DNA of 53,258 nt from Treponema sp. UBA3662. Its GTDB lineage: Bacteria; Spirochaetota; Spirochaetia; Treponematales; Treponemataceae. The notes beneath the pieces were generated by a model. It was given only the letters and a program-made list of their open reading frames with translations, did no database searches and had not been told where the DNA came from. Where the stretch lies: contig DFJV01000142.1 of the NCBI GenBank assembly GCA_002373205.1, positions 1 to 53,258 of the forward strand, in the 5' to 3' direction. Positions 46,257 to 53,258 of the stretch are shown piece after piece. Numbering within the stretch: the first letter of the stretch is position 1; every line of letters starts with the position of its first letter. A program made the position numbers and the translations under genes.

Positions 46257-46865
46257 CTAGAAGAGGAGCGGAACCTTGTAGCCAAAGTCAAGCAAGAGTC
46301 CGCGGCGGGTAAAGATGTCGTTGCCATCATCGTCTTTCATAGGAAGCAAATCGAACAGATAGCGGGCTTCCACGAGGCACCTTCCGGCACCCATCTTCCT
46401 TTCAAAGCCAAGACCTGCAGTAACGCCAAAGTTTATCTTTGTGTCAGAATTGATTTTGTCTCCGTCAAGGTCCTTGGAACCGCGGATTTTTCCAATCGGA
46501 ATGGAAGCGTATGGTCCCGCCACCAAATTGAACGCTCCGTAGCTGCATGTAAGCAAAAGCGGAATGTCCAGCGAATAATAGCGGAGCTGACCGGTAATGT
46601 GTTCGTCCACCGCGTAATTGTTTATAAAAAAGTTAAGCCCGGACTGAACGCCAAAATAAGTTCCCATCGGAACATTAAGCTCCATGCCCATACCGGCAAT
46701 CCAGCTGTCCTTATAGTTCTGCTTTTCTTCGCTAAGAGAATTGTCACCGTCCACCTTTGTTCCAAGGCCAAAGCCTCCGTAAACATGAGGAATAAAAACT
46801 GTATCAGCCGTTGCAAAAGCCGCAGACATTATGGCAGCCGCAAGTATAGTCAAAATTTTCTTCAT
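46257..46865 (-). CDS. Outer-membrane beta-barrel protein (PorT/OMP_b-brl_2-like)
   Basis: Signal peptide MKKILTILAAAIMSAAFA; YSLDIPLLL, VAGPYASI, FGVTAGLGF, VEARY and aromatic C-terminus; the longer ORF-track N-terminus runs through repeat DNA. Confidence 0.8.
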   Translation of the reverse strand: MKKILTILAAAIMSAAFATADTVFIPHVYGGFGLGTKVDGDNSLSEEKQNYKDSWIAGMGMELNVPMGTYFGVQSGLNFFINNYAVDEHITGQLRYYSLDIPLLLTCSYGAFNLVAGPYASIPIGKIRGSKDLDGDKINSDTKINFGVTAGLGFERKMGAGRCLVEARYLFDLLPMKDDDGNDIFTRRGLLLDFGYKVPLLF

Positions 46866-46945
46866 AAATTTCTCCAGACAGAATGTTATTTTTATTATAT
46901 CGACAAGAAGTGACTTTTTCAATAATCTGGAGCACGCTGTTGGTA

Positions 46946-47217
46946 AAACTGTGTCCGGCACTCCGTGTCCGGCCAGACTCCGCGCCATTTTATCCTGTAG
47001 AACAAGCAGCGCCAAGGGGTCACGCAGCAAAGCTTCCAGCGCGGCGCGTCATTTGTTTGCAAAAGCAACCTGCAAGTTTTCGCCAGAAAACTTGTGGAAT
47101 AAAATGCCACGGAGGGCATTTTATCCCGCTTTCCAGGGTTCCGCCTTTCGGCTCCATTGCTAGCGCAACCCGCCTGCGGCGGGCCCTTCCAATCGGGGCT
47201 AGGCTGGTGGGCAAGAA
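46946..47217 (-). repeat. Composite multi-hairpin dispersed repeat, copy C (inverted relative to A and B)
   Basis: Reverse complement reproduces the modules of 39335-39672. Confidence 0.9.
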
Positions 47218-47289
47218 AGCCAATCAGCACCGTGTTGAACAAAAGCCTTCATTTCTATAATATAAATCTGTCTTATATCGGAGGGTTAA

Positions 47290-48042
47290 ATGGCTATTGG
47301 ATTCTTGGTTATTACACTTGCAACGCTTGTAGGTCTTGCATTTTGGGTATTCGTGGCAATTCTGCTTTACAAGCTTATCAAAAAGCAGAGCGTAAAAAAG
47401 ACAATAATTGCGGCGGTAATTCTGGCGGTTACTTGGCTGCTTATAGTTTTTGCAGGAATTGGAACATTCATTGCAGTAAAAAAGGATTCCGTAGCGAAGG
47501 CTCTTCCCTACATAAGCTACGAAAGCGCAAAAAAGAACTGGTCCACAAAGGTTTTAAAAAAGACCAGCAACTTTGAACTGTCCATAGATAAAATTCAAGA
47601 AATTCCAAACGAAAAGGAATGGCTTTTTTCCGCAGAGGTAGACATAAAAGATGGCTCGGAAAACACACAGAATTCAAGGACAGACCAGCTTTGGGACAAG
47701 GACGGACGCGTTAGCTACGAGCTTACCCTTGTGGTGAACAATAAGTCGGACAATGCCGGCATTAGCTACAAGGAACTCAGGAAGTCCAACCTGGTCTATG
47801 TTCAGGATGAAAACGAAGTCTTTATTCCTGCCTACATCATAAACCATGCAGAACACGATGACGTGCCCTGGATTCTTTCATGGTTTCTGCCACAGTACAA
47901 AAGGGACCAGAAGCTTGAGTACGTTCCGCTTGGAAAATCCTATCTTAACGTGCGCGTGGAAGTTCCCAAGGGACACACAATCTCCAAATTTGTCTTTGGA
48001 AACACCGTGCTGGACGTAAACATGAAGGACTTTGTAAAATAA
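47290..48042 (+). CDS. Hypothetical protein with two N-terminal TM helices
   Basis: GGAGG RBS; 250-aa ORF. Confidence 0.7.
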   Translation: MAIGFLVITLATLVGLAFWVFVAILLYKLIKKQSVKKTIIAAVILAVTWLLIVFAGIGTFIAVKKDSVAKALPYISYESAKKNWSTKVLKKTSNFELSIDKIQEIPNEKEWLFSAEVDIKDGSENTQNSRTDQLWDKDGRVSYELTLVVNNKSDNAGISYKELRKSNLVYVQDENEVFIPAYIINHAEHDDVPWILSWFLPQYKRDQKLEYVPLGKSYLNVRVEVPKGHTISKFVFGNTVLDVNMKDFVK

Positions 48043-48047
48043 GGCCT

Positions 48048-48479
48048 ATGGATGACAAGCTACTTTACATTATAGCGGCCGCTTCTTTTATAGTGCTTAT
48101 CCTTCTTTTGAACTGGTACATAAAATGGAAGGCTTACGGCAAGGAGGAAGCGGAGGCTGCAAGGCGCAAGGCAGAGGCAAAAAAGGCTGCGCTAAAAGGC
48201 CTTATCGTAAACTGCCCCCTTTGCAACAGCCTGCTTCTTCCCGGAGAAGACCTTGTAAGCCGCGTTTACCGCCCAATGAATGTTCCCGACCAGCTGTGCA
48301 CAATAAACGGCTGCCCCCACTGCTACCCAATACCGGAAAAAGGCATAAAGCGGGTCTGTCCTGTCTGCCACAAGACAGTTCCACTGGAAAACGGCCACCT
48401 TACAGCCCGCCTCTTTAACAAAAGCAACGGCAAAAAGCACGTAATCGTAACCGGTTGCAGCGAATGTGCAAAGCACTGA
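48048..48479 (+). CDS. Membrane-anchored Cys-rich (4x CxxC) putative zinc-binding protein
   Basis: N-terminal TM; CPLC, CPHC, CPVC and CSEC. Confidence 0.72.
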   Translation: MDDKLLYIIAAASFIVLILLLNWYIKWKAYGKEEAEAARRKAEAKKAALKGLIVNCPLCNSLLLPGEDLVSRVYRPMNVPDQLCTINGCPHCYPIPEKGIKRVCPVCHKTVPLENGHLTARLFNKSNGKKHVIVTGCSECAKH

Positions 48480-48509
48480 TATAGTAAATAGTGTTTACTG
48501 AAAAACTCT

Positions 48510-48721
48510 TTTCAAGGGAGAACCCTTGGACCCCAGAATTTGGAGGGGCAACTTTTTTAACGTTAAAAAAGTTGTCTACTCGGAAGCGGGTTTTCCTGCT
48601 GGAAACTTCGTTGCAAGTCCCCCTCCAAACCCCCTTCGACGGCACGCACTTGCTACCGTCTCATTTCCAGCACCGCTTAGGGGCCATATCGCTCAACGTT
48701 TCGCGATATGCCTAAGAACCC
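48510..48721 (-). repeat. Family X structured repeat, copy 2 (inverted)
   Basis: Reverse complement of 361-594; palindrome caacttttttaacgttaaaaaagttg at 48549-48574. Confidence 0.9.
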
Positions 48722-48751
48722 CTAGTTTTTAACAAATATTTTTTTTAGGCA

Positions 48752-49066
48752 TGTTCCCTTCGACAAGCTCAGGGAACGAGCTTTGGTGTAGCAAAAAAAC
48801 TGCCGCTCCCTGCGCCCACCGAAGGGACTTGTTGGCAAAGAGACATCGCTGCGACTGGCTCAGCGGACGGGCTTTGGCGCAGAAAAAAAACCGCCGCTCC
48901 CTGCGCCCACCAGAGGGGCTTGTTGGCAAACACGTGTCGCTTCGACTGGCTCAGCGGACGGACTTTGGCACAGCAAAAAAACTACCGCTCCATGTGCCTG
49001 TCGAAGGGGCGTGTTGCCAAAAAAAACATCGCTGCGACTGGCTCAGCGAACGAATTTGGTGTAGCA
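48752..49066. repeat. 91-bp-period tandem array (~3.5 units) of REP-like pairs (BIME-like)
   Basis: (c/a)tttgg recurs at 48781, 48872, 48963 and 49054; units carry ccgctccctgcgcccaccgaaggg and cgctKcgactggctcagcg; the first hairpin gttcccttcgacaagctcagggaac resembles inverted 22565-22589. Confidence 0.85.
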
Positions 49067-49146
49067 GTTGGGCATGGCGCTGTTTTAGCCCACCACTTTC
49101 TTGCCAACCAGTACAAAGGCATGGGTGGATTTTTCCAAAACAATCG

Positions 49147-49284
49147 TACGCCGCCGTGTAGCCCCTTTAGTTGGCGCGCAAGCGACAATGAGCGTGAGCG
49201 AAGGGCGAAAGGGCGGTGACGCAAAAAAATGCCAACCCGATTGCAGCCAAGGAATAAATGGCAGAGCATTCAGGGCTACGTCCA
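49147..49284 (+). repeat. Family F structured repeat, copy 3 (inverted relative to 932-1068)
   Basis: tacgccgcc..gcccctttagt..cgcgcaagcg..gcgaagggc..ggcggtgacgca..aaatggcagagca..cgtcca. Confidence 0.85.
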
Positions 49285-49392
49285 GAAAAATACCTTCAGA
49301 AAACCCCGTAAAAAAATCTGCATTTATAAGGAAAAAAGTAGAAAATTCAGGGTAAAAGCTAAAAAAAAGTCAAAATTTGCTAAAATTTTTTC

Positions 49393-49419
49393 TAAAGTTC
49401 AAATTTGCATCTCCGAAAT
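49393..49419 (+). promoter_or_regulatory. Sigma-28 (FliA) promoter of flagellin
   Basis: TAAA-N15-TCCGAAAT, about 90 nt upstream of the flaB ATG. Confidence 0.75.
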
Positions 49420-49510
49420 TCAAAGTATAGGGTGGTAGACCCCCGGGGACAGCAAACATACCTAATGTGTTTGTCTGTAACTTAATAAACTCGTATAGAG
49501 GAGATACATT

Positions 49511-50371
49511 ATGGTTATTAATCACAACATGAGTGCTATGTTTGCACAGCGTTCAGAAGGATTGACCGAAGTTAACCAGCAGAAGAACATGGAAAAACTT
49601 TCTTCTGGTATGAAGATCAACCGCGCAGGTGATGATGCTTCAGGACTTGCAGTTTCTGAAAAAATGCGCAGCCAGATCCGCGGTTTGAACCAGGCTTCCA
49701 CAAACGCAAAGAACGGAATTTCCTTCATCCAGACAACTGAAGGATACCTCCAGGAAACAGAAGACATCATCCAGAGAATCCGTGAACTCGCAGTTCAGTC
49801 AAGCAACGGTATCTACACAGACGAAGACCGCATGCAGATTCAGGTTGAAGTTTCTTCTCTCATCGCAGAAGTTGACCGCATTGCATCTTGCGCACAGTTC
49901 AACGGTATGAACATGCTCACAGGCCGCTTTGCACGCCCAACTGGTGAAAACAATGTTACAGCTTCTATGTGGCTCCACATTGGTGCTAACATGGACCAGA
50001 GAACACAGGTTTACATCGGTACAATGAGCGCAGCAGCTCTCGGACTCCGCAACGTTGGTACAGAAGAAATCATGACTCTTGGAACTCCAGACGAAGCAAA
50101 CCGCGCAATCGGTACTCTCGACGAAGCTATCAAGAAGATCAACAAGCAGCGCGCAGACCTTGGTGCATACCAGAACCGCCTCGAAAAGACAGTTGTTGGT
50201 TTGGACATTGGTGCTGAAAACCTCCAGGCTTCAGAAAGCCGCATCCGTGATACAGACATGGCAAAGGAAATGGTTGACTTTACAAAGAACAACATCCTTT
50301 CTCAGGCCGGTACCGCAATGCTCGCACAGGCTAACCAGAGCTCACAGAACGTTCTTGCTCTGTTGCAGTAG
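49511..50371 (+). CDS. flaB: Periplasmic flagellar filament core protein FlaB
   Basis: [44 protein letters not shown] and [12 protein letters not shown]; 286 aa, the spirochaete FlaB size. Confidence 0.97.
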   Translation: MVINHNMSAMFAQRSEGLTEVNQQKNMEKLSSGMKINRAGDDASGLAVSEKMRSQIRGLNQASTNAKNGISFIQTTEGYLQETEDIIQRIRELAVQSSNGIYTDEDRMQIQVEVSSLIAEVDRIASCAQFNGMNMLTGRFARPTGENNVTASMWLHIGANMDQRTQVYIGTMSAAALGLRNVGTEEIMTLGTPDEANRAIGTLDEAIKKINKQRADLGAYQNRLEKTVVGLDIGAENLQASESRIRDTDMAKEMVDFTKNNILSQAGTAMLAQANQSSQNVLALLQ

Positions 50372-50404
50372 TTTGTGTCGCCTAGCGGCTTAGCATTATA
50401 GGAT

Positions 50405-50449
50405 ACACCCGCTGTAACTTCCAATACGGACTTACGGCGGGTGTTTTTT
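50405..50449 (+). terminator. Rho-independent terminator after flaB
   Basis: acacccgctgtaa ... ttacggcgggtgt followed by a T run. Confidence 0.8.
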
Positions 50450-50551
50450 ATTTTTAAATTGCGTCCTAAAGTTCAATAATACCCTCCACTTGCCTTATAT
50501 GTCTTACAATTTAGCATAAACTTGTATATAATAAATAGAAGGGACATAAAA

Positions 50552-52075
50552 ATGATTACAGGTGAAGTTAAAAATAAACTCGACAATCTTTGGGATGCAA
50601 TGTGGTCAAATCAGATGACCAACCCTCTTATTGATATTCAGCAAATTACATATCTTATTTTCATTAAGATGCTTGATGACCAGCAGATTAAAAAAGAACG
50701 TAAAATCAATGATATGGTGGCTCGTGGCATAAAAATTGATAATTTTGACAAGGACCTTATTTTTAAAGAAGGCAACTATATTAATGAAGATTTGAATATC
50801 AATGTTTGGTATGCAGATCTTCGTTGGAATGTGTTCAGCCACTTTGAGTCAAAGAAGATGTTTGCAAATCTTCGCGATAATGTATTCCCATTTATCAAAA
50901 CTCTTCACGGTGACAAGGCAACTTCCTTTACTGATTTTATGAAGGATGCACAGTTTGCAGTTTCATCTCCATATATTTTGCAGAAGATGGTTGATGCAAT
51001 AAATGACCCGGGACTTGGTTTTGACAAGGCTGACCTTATGGGTGATTGCTATGAATACCTTCTTTCAAAATGGGCAACCTCTGGAGACAATGGACAGTTC
51101 CGCACTCCACGCCACATTATTGATATGATGGTAGAAATTGCAAAGCCTACACTCAAAGATACAATGATTGACCCTGCAATGGGCTCTGCCGGATTCCTTG
51201 CAGAAACAGCAAAATATATAGAAGAACATTACTCTGCAGAACTGTCTGATACAGAAAAGCGAAAGCATTTTGATAATATAATGTTCACTGGCTACGACAC
51301 CGACCCTGACATGCTTCGTATTGGTTGTATGAATATGACGCTTCATGGAGTAAATAATCCGACAATCAAATACAATAACTCGGTTGGGGAGGATTACGAA
51401 GATAAGGAACTTTACTCTTTGATTCTTGCAAACCCACCATTCAGCGGAAGTCTTGATCCAAGCACTGTAGCAAAATCACTGAATCAGATTAGCGGTGGAA
51501 CAAAGAAAACAGAACTTCTCTTTTTGAGCCTATTCCTTCGTCTTCTAAAAACCGGCGGTCGTTGTGTAAGCATCATTCCGGTTGGAGTTTTGAATAACAC
51601 AAATGACAAAGCCTACACAAAGCTCCGCAAGGAACTTGTAGAAAACCAGAAGCTGGAAGGCGTAATATTTATGCCGGGCGGAGTATTCTATCCATATTCT
51701 GGAGTTCAAACTGGCATCCTCATCTTTACAAAAACAAATGCTGGCGGAACCGACAAAGTCTGGATGTACAACATGGAAAATGACGGTTACAGTCTGGACC
51801 AGAAGCGAGATGCAATTGAAGCAAATGACATTCCTGACATTATTAACCGCTGGAACAACCGTGACAAAGAAGCAAAACGTACTCATTATGAAAAATCATT
51901 TCTTGTAGATAAACAGGAAATTGTAGATAACGATTATGTTTTCTCTTTCAACAAGTATCAGAAAAAAGAAGTTGAAAAGAAGGAATATCGCCCTGTAAAA
52001 GAAATCTTTGCTTCGATTAATGAGCTCGAAAGGCAGTTTACGCAGATTATGAATGAGTTGCAGGGAGAAATCTAG
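50552..52075 (+). CDS. hsdM: Second type I RM methyltransferase subunit (different subfamily)
   Basis: MITGEVKNKLDNLWD, QITYLIFIKMLD, NGQFRTPRHII, DPAMGSAGFL and ANPPFSGS; start placed at ATG 50552. Confidence 0.93.
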   Translation: MITGEVKNKLDNLWDAMWSNQMTNPLIDIQQITYLIFIKMLDDQQIKKERKINDMVARGIKIDNFDKDLIFKEGNYINEDLNINVWYADLRWNVFSHFESKKMFANLRDNVFPFIKTLHGDKATSFTDFMKDAQFAVSSPYILQKMVDAINDPGLGFDKADLMGDCYEYLLSKWATSGDNGQFRTPRHIIDMMVEIAKPTLKDTMIDPAMGSAGFLAETAKYIEEHYSAELSDTEKRKHFDNIMFTGYDTDPDMLRIGCMNMTLHGVNNPTIKYNNSVGEDYEDKELYSLILANPPFSGSLDPSTVAKSLNQISGGTKKTELLFLSLFLRLLKTGGRCVSIIPVGVLNNTNDKAYTKLRKELVENQKLEGVIFMPGGVFYPYSGVQTGILIFTKTNAGGTDKVWMYNMENDGYSLDQKRDAIEANDIPDIINRWNNRDKEAKRTHYEKSFLVDKQEIVDNDYVFSFNKYQKKEVEKKEYRPVKEIFASINELERQFTQIMNELQGEI

Positions 52076-52078
52076 CAG

Positions 52079-53258
52079 ATGGAAAATCAGAACATAGAAT
52101 ATAAAAAAACATGGCGAGATGAATACCTCAAATGGATTTGTGCCTTTTCAAATACTGAGGGCGGCAGGCTTTATATCGGCATAGACGACAATGGTAATGT
52201 TTGCGGTGTAGATGATCCGCATAAGCTGAGCGAAGACATTCCGAACAAAATCCGCAATACAATGGGATTAATTTGTACAGTGAATCTTCTTAATAAAAAC
52301 GGAATGGATTATTTTGAAATTATCACAGAAAAATATCCGTTTCCTGTAAGTTATCACGGAAAATATTACAGGCGGACTGGTTCAACAATGCAGGAAGTAA
52401 GCGGTGTTGAACTTGATAAGATGATTCTATCTGTACAAGGCCGCACATGGGATTCAGTTCCGGTTCCACATATTACAGTTGATGATTTGGAAAATGACGC
52501 AATCAAACTCTTTAAGAAAAAGGCAAAGGAATCAGGTCGTCTAGATGATGCAGCTCTTGATGTATCAAACGAAACTCTTATTCAGAATCTTCATATTACA
52601 GAAGGAAAATATTTAACTCGCGCTTGTATGCTTGCCTTTCATCCCAACCCGGAAAAATGGGTAACTGGGGCATATATTAAACTTGCCTACTTTGAAAACG
52701 ATGCGGATATTTTGTATCAGGACGAAATTCACGGACCTCTTATTTTGCAGGTAGAAAAGGCAATGGACCTTATTTATTCAAAGTACATGAAGGCTTTGAT
52801 TTCTTATGACGACATTTACAGAAAGGAAACTTTCTTTTTTCCAAGGGCGGCGTTTCGCGAACTGCTTTTGAACGCGGTAATTCATAAGGACTATCTTTCT
52901 ACAACTCCAATTCAGATTCGCATTTACAAAGATAAAATCCGCCTCTGGAATGACGGAGCCTTACCAAAAGAAGTTCCGGTTGAAGATTTGTATAAAGAGC
53001 ATGTTTCAAAACCCTGCAACCCGAACCTTGCAAACGTATTTTTCAAATGCGGTATGATAGAAAGCTGGGCACGGGGCTTTAGCAAAATTACAAGATACTG
53101 CGAAGAAGAAAACGCAAAGCTCCCTGTAATTGACCTTTCTCTCGGTGGTGTTACAGCCCGCTGTTTTGCTTCGGATGCATATCTGGCACTTATGAACGAA
53201 CATCAAGAGACAGAAAATGTCCCTTTATCTCCCAAAATGTCCGATAAAATGTCCGATA
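52079..53258 (+). CDS. Schlafen/AlbA_2 + HATPase_c_4-like protein, 3'-truncated by window edge (absent from the ORF track)
   Basis: MENQNIEYKKTWRDEYLKWICAFSNTEGGRLYIGIDD...FRELLLNAVIHKDY...IESWARG...; ends in KMSDKMSD repeats. Confidence 0.88.
   Translation, partial: MENQNIEYKKTWRDEYLKWICAFSNTEGGRLYIGIDDNGNVCGVDDPHKLSEDIPNKIRNTMGLICTVNLLNKNGMDYFEIITEKYPFPVSYHGKYYRRTGSTMQEVSGVELDKMILSVQGRTWDSVPVPHITVDDLENDAIKLFKKKAKESGRLDDAALDVSNETLIQNLHITEGKYLTRACMLAFHPNPEKWVTGAYIKLAYFENDADILYQDEIHGPLILQVEKAMDLIYSKYMKALISYDDIYRKETFFFPRAAFRELLLNAVIHKDYLSTTPIQIRIYKDKIRLWNDGALPKEVPVEDLYKEHVSKPCNPNLANVFFKCGMIESWARGFSKITRYCEEENAKLPVIDLSLGGVTARCFASDAYLALMNEHQETENVPLSPKMSDKMSD

Noticed and set aside
46866-47030. 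N-terminal extension of the beta-barrel ORF
   Set aside because: Runs through repeat copy C; a clean signal peptide starts at ATG 46865
48752-49066. CRISPR array or coding ORFs in the 91-bp array
   Set aside because: The whole unit is repeated and degenerate; the ORFs on both strands are translations of repeat DNA

Overview
Chromosomal window from a Treponema-like spirochaete (periplasmic FlaB flagellin with a sigma-28 promoter, spirochaete-type lipoproteins). The backbone is housekeeping: aat (partial), PAP2, ybaK, SPOR, coaE, polA, ilvA-ridA, fused azlCD, recQ, tRNA-Leu(CAA), comM, clpS-clpA, lrp plus aminotransferase, rsmG, rsmE and flaB. There are three accessory blocks. (1) A type IC restriction-modification locus (19.5-27.6 kb) whose hsdM-hsdS and hsdS-hsdR gaps hold passenger cassettes: a KilA-N remnant, a Schlafen/AlbA_2-HATPase-HTH gene, MSKLDEL-starting mini-ORFs and a Fic remnant. 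(2) An AT-rich three-gene operon (30.6-35.5 kb) encoding an SH3b/Sel1 membrane protein, a caspase-TM-FGE protein and a papain-like lipoprotein. (3) A second type I hsdM, again followed by a Schlafen/AlbA_2 gene that runs off the window end. Most long intergenic gaps contain structured dispersed repeats. At least 8 copies share a covarying stem/T-GNA...GNA-A internal-loop motif, and some carry hairpins whose loops read A-N-G-G-A-N on the opposite strand. Several genes look leaderless. No CRISPR array, integrase, transposase, reverse transcriptase or rRNA was seen. All domain calls were made by eye from motifs; no searches were run.
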